DNA of 64,000 nucleotides from a virus (Duplodnaviria; Heunggongvirae; Uroviricota; Caudoviricetes): IMG/VR virus record IMGVR_UViG_3300033067_001661, positions 96,001 to 160,000 of that record; one strand, written 5' to 3'. The notes under the pieces are model-generated. The model did not search any database and was not told the origin of the DNA. It worked only from the letters and a program-made list of their open reading frames with translations. The position numbers and the translations under genes were made by a program. This document shows, one piece after another, positions 46,501 through 56,400 of this stretch (its first letter is position 1; each line of letters starts with the position of its first letter).

Positions 46501-47353
46501 AGTTTCGAGTACAATCAAGATTCCAAACTCTTAGAGATGAGTCATAAGATAGAGCGCAAGAAACGCTGTAAGGATCAAAGACTGGCTCTTCATTTTCAGC
46601 ATAATCCCAAATAAGGTACAAGTTATCGCTTGATCCAGAAACAAACAAAGCCGCTGCGTAATGCAATGTAAAGCTTATGGAAGAATTTCCAGGCAAAGGG
46701 TCCAAAGCAAAATTGTACCAATTATCGTCTTTGATTTCTTCTATTGTTGTCTTGTAGCTATATATTGGTATCGCGTCGCCGGGAGATATGTTATCATTGA
46801 CTTCGTACATTCTAAAATGCAAAGTCAAAAACTTGCTCTGATACTCTATAGAATCAAGCATTGTTTCAGAAGAACTTATAATCACAGAGTCTATGTAAGA
46901 CTTCTGTGTTTTAGGCTTTATAGATAGCTCAAACTTCTTATTATCTTTGATAACAATTGTTGCAGAAACCCAAGACCATGAGCCTGGAGTTACTGTAGCG
47001 GTATTTTCGGAACTTGAAAAACCGTCAACGAGTAGTTCATAAGAAAACTGAGAAACATCTGTTTGAGTTCTCACTCTAATAAAGACATTATACTTTCCAG
47101 CCTTCGCTGCCGTAACAGGGTAAGACAAGACAGGATAGGAAGGGGTTCCAATGGCCTGAGAAATAGCCATAGAACCTGAGCCGTAAGAACCGTCCACAAC
47201 AACGTCAAATACCGCCGATGGATCGCCTTGCTCAAGCCTTGAAAAATTAGAAGCGTCAAACGCAGCGAAACCGTCTTCCGGCACTAAGAAAGAAGCCGAA
47301 GAATCGGTCTTGCCAACGGTTCGAATAAAAACAGAAGCTTTAGTGAGTATCAT
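37559..47353 (-). CDS. Giant (3264 aa) multidomain virion/adhesion protein: split vWA, LamG, FN3-like, Kelch propeller, Ig-like repeats
   Basis: MIDAS DQSGS (~46280), LamG GLWHLNE...WSHVAVT...FYVNG (~45780-45180), Kelch GG/YD/W repeats (~41750-40790), vWA remainder GASPLYDAL/VNTD/IANQTGG (~39850-39560), C-terminal Ig-like repeats with IRWY. Confidence 0.8.
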   Translation of the reverse strand: MILTKASVFIRTVGKTDSSASFLVPEDGFAAFDASNFSRLEQGDPSAVFDVVVDGSYGSGSMAISQAIGTPSYPVLSYPVTAAKAGKYNVFIRVRTQTDVSQFSYELLVDGFSSSENTATVTPGSWSWVSATIVIKDNKKFELSIKPKTQKSYIDSVIISSSETMLDSIEYQSKFLTLHFRMYEVNDNISPGDAIPIYSYKTTIEEIKDDNWYNFALDPLPGNSSISFTLHYAAALFVSGSSDNLYLIWDYAENEEPVFDPYSVSCALSYDSSLRVWNLDCTRNYAIRFYSFRDSINENACKLIVPASAIATKVVQKFDIDDLEPVFLQTKIVDIDSTTNKVALNLPDRLVSVVMDQSGSLSWNDSGGLRHEITRRMIDRLEATYPGEVKYNLLSLGSTPIKLNFFAVVETDQVNTNNIADVASAFFADQESGYAGVRIIRKLGAYPTGPLDGDIVTEGFVERAFDDELEENEQYYYAAYTFDSNGIFSNGRFLKASPRVKIYPRGVGGFTYRTIAGSGVKRDSNTIGLWHLNESTGTFAYDFSDNPVLLSSSEDVVWLNNNDVPSGISGIRFNGTDTKLLGYDEDGKFIKTKYTFMAWAYPFNFAAKRSIISRETISLDKMSFRFGTNTDGTLFFTFDDLTFASSNIALTANAWSHVAVTVDFLALTATFYVNGVEAGSGSLTALGYYSQEPMHIYLGGKASHFFGKLTEISVHDTIRSVNYIASAAVRYERVSEKVLDNGDRIVAVRYSVPDDYNFEGGKVRIIRKAEAGAGVFSYQTPVSSNGTPAEPVLVFEGFGEKPSNEEDGDLVYEADSGPGDFVVTLPFDYVHDRIYNFRIYSQNAIGNFSLDSDSPILSIKIPAFKSRDDRNKAITTPFIEPVENVQIRAGNHKTYLTWNAINNDTVEQIFVYWSDTGPPIINNDDGVSFSALLVFSGNPSQVEFVDRNLENEIVNYYAVVAADRYGNLSAPVYVSTIPLDDADEDGIPLLEVKQFRYEVVNENAISLGWNAPVKFQKEIEAWFDQRVALYAEITDEYGAPISDASRIKFTAKATVGSAQLAEDVFGEVINTTTLTPEAEDCYILSSTVIGSGFIRGVFRMTPDLDTLSAINSLSAQITVSYEIPNRDNPSENVFQFESLPVTIEMRNPFAMELVNIGDNAANFGTITSSGTRKKSKRRRSAGGSTNDPLPDNQSSSGGDMVKILCKQTVPLDDQEFISSGGLLFDPDKFAEFDGCWVRRSRPFMARVVVTYRGQALPDGGNCNAAVFEASDPQCDPDEASGSNPCSQTDGSSERRPFVPTFSTRRSRSVQPPATSIPLRIGLQRLSDGTTRQVTYTDIPLRAPRTPQAVMLFTKVGFNGYYARKKLYIVFENILRVETTIEPPESNCIDVSEQMANIYLIDPDSPNIDRPRKIPVTDQQVVRWNLRKGRNAKDRPFYSTDNVPAGPGVFSYTRGGMARRIFFGPACGVTWELYVPCPGNVIYLPELYAIKASVVYDGLSAFEERPAIIYPPNFGGRGFGSRFLMDMPQYVNTLYADGYSLVRCTVYHDPNVTGGSSAECFRQCAENASRPIFVLDNGQIVEIESGDSFEILYGDNLEVVYDEDIEEYVVNEANQSEGFAQIPLAQTGGTTTFYLRINKFIGRPQPDSGAGDDNGDSGQSSNSCDCIEVPPGLAKKKGLSVIDGRTTVNFNGETRYLRGGGDLKTGIPPTTIDLKEPLDISIVDIRRSGQSVEKLLCDGVAVHEFVLEVTFKGRPVPNGTPVFLTIGGKNPEKIILQNDTIFTEKLNDPILNPDGNVRSFASFFVAPFGPESAFEAQVQAETNYDKRGDVERSMTCCVTIKYDPSQPKEEGPEDRPEGEVSNVFSAALDVYDTYTNEWAVKASMNYPRGCLTTSWDFDAYGERLFAIGGLNGKSILSYNEMYDIGEDKWYIKKSMNTPRFYHMAVQDYGYVYVFGGITANGTELVISSSVERYDIANDTWEELAPMPVFDQNTYGVALGACVVSNGKAYIIGGIRKIGTRGSIDAVNDRILVFDFETLTWSWSNQFVDEELALYNRVSPFAFVEANQTKIHVVGGAIPGERNEETGEQPLLFVTDAFEIDLDTLEITLDDYIYRQIPSPRYRGTCVSILDQHYFLGGTSDKSQVLNLLDIITEGSPVYSYAEGKRMPTAKTAFGCSSDNWRYVYSCGGLTSGRPAGFLQIKARVSPSSIRLDGKQSATVSIELLNDVGEHPTKEVRVLVQGILLFPNSQAGNDQTAGGDQSQQQSDNQALRDALVYPVVFSSNDFYIYDGVASTIMLPRADDILKKISEIKEKLGIQDSVAGEGGNEGNNTLLIKEGEVRNPYTIKVRITVLDEFYYGQTVIDIKDNEDSTTTNNTTDGSAGSDTPGSNTGGSGGSSGSSSGDITEFEGCRSVEGSQAVEQSSNQNNYDPGRDSENNQTIDQSLKESDNPVFDLNPPQTPQLESPEVQYFSDIEWIPQIIVHVENGEFEDMAKGLTRLRNEIPFGASPLYDALVKNAVIMLDEDLDPYAKVIYVNTDNEENLSINTLDTAIQDVQAIDGFGKVPVVINNFSVVFPVTLSALVSRTDTDSLDTIANQTGGQSQTILDAAYIDEILNNSLGRVEGSIGWGLYECVIDLSKNSIINTVSLDYELYPNTDGNWRMATSEDGFNYSDYSDSFNPNTEISLVNVNARYIKFKVTLLSGLSSYIENEYDLIPTPGVPALTAINIKYSVPTESFIYLKPETTDFSPQQIAVAVSANKPDLSTIQVGATTSLSYNWSDYYSGAQPASDRYGKIFIPIRYNQEQDATLNEPLDNVNGFMWKARYGKWDVTSRVTILDKDGETVASDGYELYPKEGLVVFSSKQLGPFSVSIENAGNLRLGVRILNMDSYNPVEIDGVAYMYNTNVFLPPPLSQRPPTITDFRVVPSTLTIYQTISLSYKYFDINQRSEDTDQTVIRWYINGVEIEYLRNLRIWNNINDINDPIWVYALSFRPENVPAGTSYEQYAREKGESILKVDDVVYATIKASDGILFSDIVRSPSVTAIEAPPFITAITIKGKKNDGTLQDTVTTTTRAFADFAYFQDGDGNTSSQIIWYVNGIEFKRGDLGVTVGGISNNEIIPGEVKNNIVGIAIGNVLEVTILPASQNIIGNPVTSAAVSVENDPPTVRNVTVSPSPTASSASALQLTYTYVDAESQQQGSTQNDQSSIRWFRALSGSSTFEEVPSLQNVRIVPAVNTASGQRWKAEVIPFDGISVGTATQSNTVEIV

Positions 47354-49077
47354 GTATATATACTTATTTGTTTCTTAAAGACATTATCGTACCAATCTTT
47401 GACTTCAATCAGTACGTCACTCCAGAACGATGTTGTAGGAGTATCCCAAGCCCCTTCCCAAACGCCAAAATTCCTAATGCCTATTGATATTGCATACTTA
47501 ATAGTTTCGACCCAAACCTTTCTAAACTGTACTGTATTTGTATCGTTTGAATTGTAGGGAGAGGAAACCGAACTCTGTACGGAACCGTCATTTCGGACGT
47601 TCCAAGCCGAGAACCAAGGACACATCGGGTTATCCAAACCTCCTGCAACAACACCATTATAGAGTCCCCTTCTCATATGCTGCATTCTAAACCAATTCCA
47701 GTCTGAAAAATCAGCAGGATAATAGTTGGAAAAATCATAAGTCATGTAATTTCTAAAAGTTGACAATCTTGGATCTATTGCCGAAAAACCTTGATTAAAG
47801 AAATTGTTAAGGTCTTCTGAAACATACAGAGAGAAATCAGACTGATCAAAACAATACATACTAGCAGATTGCATCCAGTTAGTAAACGTAGGCATTGTGT
47901 CAAAAATGGCATAACCATTCATCGCTCTTAGACTTGTATTCTGAACGCCAATTCTTGTTGTTTTATGATATTTTGTATACAGGCTTTGTTGCGCGTTTGA
48001 AAAAACCATATTTGGAAAATGCTGCAAAGCAGGCTCACAAGATGCCTTCCATATGCAATAATCTCTAGAAGTAGTATACAAAACAGCAGCCCTCCAAAAA
48101 CCTTCAAAAGCCTTTGGCGTTCTTACATATCCATCGGTAGCAAAATCAAGACAAGGCCAAGAACCTCCGTCTCTATGATTCGCCTGACTCCAAAACTGCT
48201 GAAAAGTTCTTTGCCCATCAACTAAAAAATCCGTATCTGATGAACGCGAATCTTGTAAACAACAACTTATGTATCCAATATCATTAAGACCAAATTGATC
48301 TACACAAGCAAACTGAGCGTGAGTTCCTGATATTGGATAAACCGCAACTCCTGGATAAAAATCCAATCCGGTTGATTCAACATTGAAATTGCAAAAATAT
48401 GGATCTTTGTAACCTATATTAGTAAGACCAAGTTTGAGTTTTGTCCAAAACTCCGTATCCCAACTACTGTTATTATCTATACCGTTCTTTGACCACATAC
48501 CATAATTCAATCCATTCAATATGGAAGGTCTCTCTTCCGGTCTATTCATGAATAGAAAAGTATTAGGCCCATCTGGAGTGCCATTAAGATCAGGAGGAAA
48601 ACCAGGCGGATATCCCCAAGTAAAGTTTCTAATTGAATACTCAAAATCAGTCCTTCCGACAGACTGCATTTGAGAGTTCATATAAGGAATAATCTCTTGA
48701 CAAATTTGATTAACAAAATAGTCAACATTCCTTACAACAAGTCCTGAATCTCTCGGGTTGTACCTGATATGAGGCATAACCCAAGGATGACTCCATAAAG
48801 ATTGATTCTGAACATCTGGTCCTTGCAAACTTCCAGTGAATACACTTTTCTGAAAAGCTTGCTCAAAAAGGAAATAGGGTTCTCTATCAAATTGAGGACG
48901 ACCAATCGGCAAACTTAAATCAGGAACAAAATCTGGAAGTTCTGGCCAATTTCTTTTTGACTGAAAACCAGAACCAACCCTAACTATCTGCCCTTTTCCG
49001 CTAGATTTTCTTCCTATATATTCCATGTTTGACTCTTTAGTTACTCTGTAATACCAGGGATCTCCACAGCCATTCAT
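47350..49077 (-). CDS. Aromatic-rich hypothetical protein (possible carbohydrate-active barrel)
   Basis: 575 aa, W/F/Y-rich, ending PWFSAW...GIRNFGVW; family not recognised. Confidence 0.55.
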   Translation of the reverse strand: MNGCGDPWYYRVTKESNMEYIGRKSSGKGQIVRVGSGFQSKRNWPELPDFVPDLSLPIGRPQFDREPYFLFEQAFQKSVFTGSLQGPDVQNQSLWSHPWVMPHIRYNPRDSGLVVRNVDYFVNQICQEIIPYMNSQMQSVGRTDFEYSIRNFTWGYPPGFPPDLNGTPDGPNTFLFMNRPEERPSILNGLNYGMWSKNGIDNNSSWDTEFWTKLKLGLTNIGYKDPYFCNFNVESTGLDFYPGVAVYPISGTHAQFACVDQFGLNDIGYISCCLQDSRSSDTDFLVDGQRTFQQFWSQANHRDGGSWPCLDFATDGYVRTPKAFEGFWRAAVLYTTSRDYCIWKASCEPALQHFPNMVFSNAQQSLYTKYHKTTRIGVQNTSLRAMNGYAIFDTMPTFTNWMQSASMYCFDQSDFSLYVSEDLNNFFNQGFSAIDPRLSTFRNYMTYDFSNYYPADFSDWNWFRMQHMRRGLYNGVVAGGLDNPMCPWFSAWNVRNDGSVQSSVSSPYNSNDTNTVQFRKVWVETIKYAISIGIRNFGVWEGAWDTPTTSFWSDVLIEVKDWYDNVFKKQISIYT

Positions 49078-49089
49078 TTTACTCCCCTA

Positions 49090-52000
49090 TTAGTTTATTG
49101 TTGAGCCTGTAGCAAGTTTTCTAATGAAGCTCTCGGAGGCAAGTTTGAAGTAGGCATTTCCGAAGAGCCATATGTCTGAATTCACTATCAAAACCTTATG
49201 TATAGTTGGAAGTTTTGAAGTTGTATGAACTACAAAATCATCGGCATAAACAACATAACGACCGTCAGATAGTCCTATTAGCGACTTGGTAAAATCAGAA
49301 TCTATGTCATTAACACCAATAGCAGCAGAGTCTTCAATATCTCCAAGAATATCAAGAAGCTGTAACGAAAGATTTCCGCTATAGAAAGAACCTCCATCTT
49401 GGAAAAGCCCCTTCGTTGTTCCGAACAGCATTTGAGAACGGTGTTTTTGAAGCTTATTGACAATTTGATTGTTTAGAACACCAACCCTATTCCAGTTAAA
49501 TCCATCAGTTGAATAATAACTCTCTCCGCTATCAGAAACAGCCATTGCAGCGTCAGGAGAGGACATAACATTAACAGGTAAAGAAGTTGAAACAACCTTG
49601 GTCCAAGTTGACGAAGAATTCTTCCTTGCGTAAACTCCGTCTTCTGCGCCAATAACAAGATTACTTCCAAATATACTTACAAAACTATGTAATTTCTTTG
49701 GTAAACCAGAGGCCGTATCTTTAGTTATCTTCTGAGTATTTACGTCAAAGAAGTATAACTTAGATTCGTCAAGAATGTAGACAGTATTTTGATATTTTCT
49801 GATATCCTTAACCAAAAGGGTTCTATCAGATTTGAAAGATAGTCTATTTACTTCTTTTGTTACTGTGTTTATTGTTAGAACTCCTCCATAGCCTCCAACA
49901 AAAACATAACCAAGCTCAGGAACGTTTAGTACCGCATTGGCGCATGGAAGAGACAAATTCCTATTGCCAAGGTCCGTAAAGACTTCATAATCAACAGTTG
50001 AGTTTTCCTTATCATACCAATCAGAATTGCATGGAATGCAATATTTAGCTTGATACGGCGGAGCAACAGAATCTTGCAGACCTGGACTAATTCTCTCGCC
50101 AGCAAGACCTCCAGACAGTATGTTGGAATGATGTACTTGGCTCAAATGAGACGGAGCGCCAGAGTTTACCCATTCAAAAGTATCTTCTATCGTCCAATGC
50201 GGCATTCCAACATTCACCAAAGAAGGGTTAACTATATCAAGCTCAACTCTATTATACTTAGCAAGAGCCTTAGGGAGTTCAATGATTCCATCAATAGAAT
50301 TTGCTACTGCAACAATTTCAAAACCTGAATAGTCTTCTGGAAACTGATCGCCAACGCCACCAGAAGGAACGTTCTTATATCTCTGAACACCAAACCCTTC
50401 TATCTGATCTCTCTTTTCGATTCCTCCTAAAGATACAATACCATACTTACCGTACTTCGCAATGAAAGAAGAACTACCTGAAAGGTCGCCTCCAACACCA
50501 AACGATATTGGCGGCGGCGGGTCAACGTCTATGTTGTATGTAAAGTTCCTTTGTTCTATAAACCTTGAAACAGGATACCAATTTTGTTGCATATCTCCCG
50601 TTGTTGCTACAGCATCATTATGAGTATAAACAGTTGCCCACCAGATGGCTCCCTGGCATCCGCTCATGTATAATGATCTGTATGTAAAGTCCGATATGTT
50701 TGGATTTGTATATCCACTTGCTCGAAGATATCCATTCCATATGAAAGGATAAAGAGGCTTATTAGCTATTCTTGCAATATCATGAAAATTCCTAAGAGAC
50801 ATTAAGTAAAAGATTCTTTGCTGTATAGGATCTGCTTGCTTTCTGCCTGTTTGAGAATAATACAAGTTAGCATCGTAATTGGCTGTCCTATCCCAAAGAT
50901 ACATTGCTGGCGAAATGAAATCAAACGCCTGCATCCATTCCTTCCAGTAATAAACTTCCAAATCTCTTAGAGAATTTGTTGCATCAGGATTCTGAGAACC
51001 AAAATCCAAACCGTCTATAGACCATATGCCACGAGTTGGAACTGCTCCAAAAAAGCCTATCTTTTGAACATTCGGTCTTAATTGTCTAATAACATCATTT
51101 AGCTCATTTATCCAAACAATCCAACGTTCAGCCCATTTCTTCTGCAAATAATCGTCTTGTTGTTCAAGAGTCTTACCTGAAGACCATCCTGGCTCCGACT
51201 GATCAACAGCCCATATCCACCAATCTCTCAAAGTTCTTGCAGCCAAGCCAGAAGACGGTGAAGAGCGAATAAGAGTCGGGCTTGCGTATTGACTCATCAT
51301 AATAAGACCGTTTCCAACTTGGACGGCAACTTGATTATTTGAAGTATTGTAAGCTCTTAATTCAAAGTTATGGAAGATACTTCCCGTAAAAGTAGCTGGT
51401 ATATACGGAATTCCACCAGACCTACCAAAGCCAGTTATATTCTGATATAGAGTTGCTTTTGCTTTATCAAGTTTATCTTGTTGAAACAACCAAAGCAAAG
51501 AGTCACCAGATCCTGAAACAAAATCATTTGTAATACCAGAAACAGGAACCCAAGAATGCTGACTTCCGCTTGGTAAAGTCCAATCATAATAAGCATCAAA
51601 CTGATACAACCCTATCATTTCCTGTATATCTGGAACATTTGAACTGTAGGTTATATGAATATCTTTTGGTAAGCAAACTTTTCTACCACCAAGCAATGCG
51701 TCTCCAACTTGACATATCGAAGACCCTCCGCCAAGAGCAAATATGGAAGAATACGTCACAAACGATTCTTTCCAACTTAGCTTATTAGGAAGAAGACATT
51801 CTCTTCTAACAATATAATCAATCGTTACAGGAACCGCCTGATGTACGCTTTCTATATATTGAACATAGTCCTCATATGCTGTGTTTGTTGTTGAAGACGG
51901 TCCATAATCGGCATACCAAGAAGCGATTGGCATGTATACCCAAGGGTCCAAACCAGAAAGCAACAAATCAAGGAACCAATCTCTTCCGCCTTTAGAATAG

Positions 52001-53484
52001 TCTTTGGTTAAAAACTCTGACCTATCAACATATCCAGGAGCAACATAAAGGTATAATGAGTTTTCATTTCTTGCACCAGAAGCCATAGAAACAGAAGGAT
52101 AAGAAGCCCTCCATCCTTGAACATACTGTGTAACATAAGAACTCGTAATATTCTCTGGCAAACCAAGAAGAGATAATCCGCTAGCAGACCTCAAGCCGCC
52201 CTCAAAGAAGTTATCAGTTTCAAACTGATCATGAAGAACTTCGTCTTCTTGGAAATCAACTGCTGGCTCAGTAAAATCACCAAGATTAACCTTGCTCAAT
52301 GTATTATCTGCGGCAAAAATAACTCTAAACTGGTTTTCTTCTTCCCATTCCTTAATTTCAACAAGAGAGTTTCTTAGAGACTGAGGAAGATTAGTAAAGA
52401 ACGCAGGATTCTCTCCTCGGTCATTATTTCCCCAACCGGCAATATTCAAAAACATGACAGCTTGATAGCCATATGTTTTAAGCAAAGAAACATCAACCGT
52501 TGAGTCAAGAAGCTCTCTCCATCCGCTTACTGTTTGAGGATTGACATATTCTTGTCCAGGCAGAGGAAGACGACCTTGCAAACTTTGCTTATCTTGCGTA
52601 CTAAAAAGGTAATATCTTCTCTGATTGTCTCTTGCGGTAAAATATGCCTTCGGAGCATTAGGCCCTGCAAGATTAATACCATATATCCTACCGCTAATTC
52701 TTGGTCCAACATTGGCATCTGAATGGTTAGCCCAGAACCAAACAAAGTAAGGCTCATAAGATCTCAGAGCGGCAGTCCTTCTATAAGAAGCGCTGCCATT
52801 ATATGAAGTGAAAGAGTTGTACTCTTCATATCTTAGCCAAACTTTCCAGGTTCTAGTTTCACCCGCCTGAAACTTATCAACAATACCTTTATCCGTATTG
52901 ACATTTCCCTCTATTCGGAAATAAGCCTTAAGAGTTGAAGCGTCAAAATCTCCATAAATCTTGAATGGATACGAATAGTTAGTCGAAACGCTTGTCATCT
53001 GGCAAGCGGCGCTTGCTAAACCTGTTTTCCAGTTTTCAATAGCCAAGCAAGGAGCAAACCAATTAACGCCATATATAGCGTTTGGATTTCCAAACTTGTC
53101 TGTTGATGGATTCTTGACTGCCGGATAAGCAACAGCCTCAGGTCTCATACCGTATGAATCATGATTCATATGATTGAGAACGTGTCTGTAAAAAGAATTA
53201 GCTCCAGCGCCAACCCAATTGGGATGATACATCCCTGAATTAATACGAACAAATGGAGCAGATTGCTGCACCTGTGTCTTGTTCTTGACTGTAATAGTTA
53301 GATTTACGCCTCTTGATTCAACAAGCTCCCTATTGACAGTTACTTCCCAAGTCGCTCCATTATTTACAAGCGGAGTACCATTGGAACTATCTCTTACAAT
53401 AGAAGAATCATAATCATTTGGGTCAAACCATACGAGTTTCTGGCTATTAGGGCTACCAGCTTCTCTTGGCGAAAATAGTGACAT
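49090..53484 (-). CDS. Large virion-associated protein with a GH56 (hyaluronidase)-like barrel and C-terminal beta-propeller
   Basis: FTGSIFHNFE, IRQLRPN...IGFFG, FISPAMYL, PLYPFIW, GCQGAIWW; C-terminal YYSTDGFNW and other propeller-type repeats. Confidence 0.6.
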   Translation of the reverse strand: MSLFSPREAGSPNSQKLVWFDPNDYDSSIVRDSSNGTPLVNNGATWEVTVNRELVESRGVNLTITVKNKTQVQQSAPFVRINSGMYHPNWVGAGANSFYRHVLNHMNHDSYGMRPEAVAYPAVKNPSTDKFGNPNAIYGVNWFAPCLAIENWKTGLASAACQMTSVSTNYSYPFKIYGDFDASTLKAYFRIEGNVNTDKGIVDKFQAGETRTWKVWLRYEEYNSFTSYNGSASYRRTAALRSYEPYFVWFWANHSDANVGPRISGRIYGINLAGPNAPKAYFTARDNQRRYYLFSTQDKQSLQGRLPLPGQEYVNPQTVSGWRELLDSTVDVSLLKTYGYQAVMFLNIAGWGNNDRGENPAFFTNLPQSLRNSLVEIKEWEEENQFRVIFAADNTLSKVNLGDFTEPAVDFQEDEVLHDQFETDNFFEGGLRSASGLSLLGLPENITSSYVTQYVQGWRASYPSVSMASGARNENSLYLYVAPGYVDRSEFLTKDYSKGGRDWFLDLLLSGLDPWVYMPIASWYADYGPSSTTNTAYEDYVQYIESVHQAVPVTIDYIVRRECLLPNKLSWKESFVTYSSIFALGGGSSICQVGDALLGGRKVCLPKDIHITYSSNVPDIQEMIGLYQFDAYYDWTLPSGSQHSWVPVSGITNDFVSGSGDSLLWLFQQDKLDKAKATLYQNITGFGRSGGIPYIPATFTGSIFHNFELRAYNTSNNQVAVQVGNGLIMMSQYASPTLIRSSPSSGLAARTLRDWWIWAVDQSEPGWSSGKTLEQQDDYLQKKWAERWIVWINELNDVIRQLRPNVQKIGFFGAVPTRGIWSIDGLDFGSQNPDATNSLRDLEVYYWKEWMQAFDFISPAMYLWDRTANYDANLYYSQTGRKQADPIQQRIFYLMSLRNFHDIARIANKPLYPFIWNGYLRASGYTNPNISDFTYRSLYMSGCQGAIWWATVYTHNDAVATTGDMQQNWYPVSRFIEQRNFTYNIDVDPPPPISFGVGGDLSGSSSFIAKYGKYGIVSLGGIEKRDQIEGFGVQRYKNVPSGGVGDQFPEDYSGFEIVAVANSIDGIIELPKALAKYNRVELDIVNPSLVNVGMPHWTIEDTFEWVNSGAPSHLSQVHHSNILSGGLAGERISPGLQDSVAPPYQAKYCIPCNSDWYDKENSTVDYEVFTDLGNRNLSLPCANAVLNVPELGYVFVGGYGGVLTINTVTKEVNRLSFKSDRTLLVKDIRKYQNTVYILDESKLYFFDVNTQKITKDTASGLPKKLHSFVSIFGSNLVIGAEDGVYARKNSSSTWTKVVSTSLPVNVMSSPDAAMAVSDSGESYYSTDGFNWNRVGVLNNQIVNKLQKHRSQMLFGTTKGLFQDGGSFYSGNLSLQLLDILGDIEDSAAIGVNDIDSDFTKSLIGLSDGRYVVYADDFVVHTTSKLPTIHKVLIVNSDIWLFGNAYFKLASESFIRKLATGSTIN

Positions 53485-53486
53485 GC

Positions 53487-56400
53487 TTAGCCTCCGCCCT
53501 CATTATTTCTTATTCCCGAATTAGTACCCGAACCTGTCCCTGAACCCGAATTCGTCCCCGAATTGGTCCCTGAACTTGAGTCGGCTCCTGAAGTAGTATC
53601 GTCGTTAGACACAGAAGATCCACCACCAATCGAACCTCCGCCTCCATTAGAGCCAAGAGATCCTGAGCTTCCAATAAGAGACTCTGGCAAGATACCGTCC
53701 GTGTTTAGCTCGCTACCAAAAGAACCAATGTTTGAAGACGTAGAGTTATCTGCGTCTCTTGCCCAATCCTTATAAGAACCAAAGCTACCAAAAACAGCCT
53801 TGTTAACCAACTCGGTTGGATTCAAAAGGATAACCCTAAAAGCAGGAACAGTAAACGGCTGCTCGCTCGTTGTGCCGTCAGCATTCGTCACCTGAACAAC
53901 TCTTGCGCCCTCATAAATCTGGGACAAAAATCTCTCTATACCATACAAGGTTGAAACAACATTATCCTTTGAAAAGCCCGTAAGAGCAGTTATCTGCCCG
54001 TCTGAATTTCTTTCAACCGCAAGCAATTTTGTTCTACTATCTTCAAACTTAGCCTTAGCCAAATCCGCTCCAACCTTATGAGCATTTCTGTCATTATATG
54101 TTGGCAAAACAAGAGAAGCTATGGCAACTGCTGGTTTCTCCGAAACACTCATCTTGTTCATTCTCTTACCGTCAATGAAAAGAGAAACAGCAGATATGTA
54201 GTTTGTATCAGCCCAACCGCCATACTTTGCCTTATACTTTTTGTATTGATTTGCAACAGTAATAACTGAGTTAAGCTTTTGCTTAACATCAAAGCACACA
54301 AACTTCCTGAGCCTATCTTGGCTCGTACTAAATCTATATCCTATAAACTGTTTTTCACCATTTACATAAACTGTTGGTATGACTTCACTTTCGTTTTCCC
54401 AATGCAAAGACAACCTACCAGGTCTATCTGATATGAAAAGCTTATCCTCAGAACCAACAAAAAGCTTATTATCTATAACATCAAGAGATGTTGCTGGTAA
54501 TATCTCATCATTTACTTTAAGTTGAGAAAAAGCTTGTTCAAAAGTAACAGTGAGGTCTGCATAAATGTCACTATCAGAAATGGTTGCCATCAAACCAGAA
54601 TCAGTTGTTATGTAAATTCTGTCATTCCATATAACCATCTTCCTTGATATCGAAGCGTTTTCCATAACGCCAATACGTTCAAAGAACTGAGAGCTAGGAG
54701 ACTTTCTCCATAGCATATAATCCGTTATAGCAAAGAGATAACCATTCGAAGCAACAAGAGCAAATATAGGTCTCTGCTCCGTAAATTCGTCGCTAAAAGT
54801 CCAAGCAACACCACTATTGTAGGTTTCGAAAATACCAAGCTCATTGCTAACAACGATTCTTGATCTATCTTCGTCCCTAAGCATAGCGTATGCTTCAGTG
54901 CTTCTTGGGCCAAAAATAGGGGTCTGCTGGAAAAAGAATGAACCTTGTCCAATATCCCTTCTTAGCTTATACACACCTAAATCGCTACTGCAAAAAACAT
55001 TTCCGTCTTCGTCTTCGCAAATGTCTCGAATAATCTTCGCATTTTCTGCGCCAGCAACTTCAGTCCATATACTAAAATCACCAGCCTGACCGCCACGACC
55101 AAACAAAATACCTCTGTTTGTTGCCGCAAAATACGTCTGATACTTCTCCGAGTAGAAAAACCTAAGAACAGGAGTTATTGTTTCAAATCTTCTATCCCAA
55201 GAAACACCAAAATCTTCGCTTGTATAAATGCCGTCGCTTGTACCTGCTATTAAAACATCAGAATCGCCATGAGCTTGCATAATACAATAGAAAACGATTC
55301 CGTCTCCAAGGTCTTCTTCTCCATCAACAGGAGCGTAGCGATAACCGTCGTCAACAGTTAGAGTGCTTATTTGAACAGGCTCAAGTCTTTCCTTAATTCT
55401 TCCACCATGATTTATAGAAGGAATCTGAACTTTCTCAAATACTCCCACACCAACCTGCTGAGCGCTGACCCCGTTTATCCTACTCTTAGGCAGAATGTTC
55501 TGAACTTCTTCAAGATTTGAAAACCTAACCTCAACAGTTGGAGGTTCAGAAAAAGGAAAGGTCTGTTCTGTTAACTCAAAACCTGTCGCAGCAAGACGAA
55601 TCTCAAAATTTAAAGACCCCTCAACCTTGTTGAGAGAAAACAAAACGCCATAGCTTGAAGCTTCTTCTCCATTTAGATACACCGAATATATCGTTGTTTC
55701 TGAGATATCAGTTTGGGTCGTATAGGTTTGATTATCAGAAGTTTCCCAATCAGAAACAGTAATAACATCGCTAAGGTTTATTCTTCTATCGTTTTCTTCG
55801 TCTATATATTCATGCTTATGAACTGCAAGTCTATTTACTGTTTCTGTTCTTACAGGATCTTCTAGTTTAGCTATGTTTCTAACACTAGAAAGATCAAACT
55901 CTGAAACGCCATTTTTGGTTATAACCTTACCAAGCAAAATCGCATTACTAACTTGTATATTGCTTTCTGTAACAAACAAGTCAGCTTCATTTCTAAACTT
56001 ACGAACAATGTAATACGCTTTACCAGTTTTTGTTAGAGCATTGGCGTCAACATAATAAGTTACAGCAGGCAAAACTGTAGCTATAAGCTGGAAAGAAAAC
56101 TTGTTACCTATAGATCTGTATATCTCATAACCGTCAAATTGTCCTGCTGTTGGTTGCCAAGTTAGTTGAACATTTTGTCCATTCAAAGAATAAGACAAAG
56201 CCGCTGGAGGGTTCAGCGTTGTTGAAGACGTTGGCCTCAAGGTTATAAGAGCGTAATTGATATAACTATCATCAATTGGATTCAAAGATTCTTGACCAAA
56301 CAAATCAACTGTTGTTACAAAGTAGATATAGGTTGTTTCATTTTCAACCTCATAATCCGTATAAGAAAATGTTGTTGCAGAAACGGTCTCAATCAAAGAA

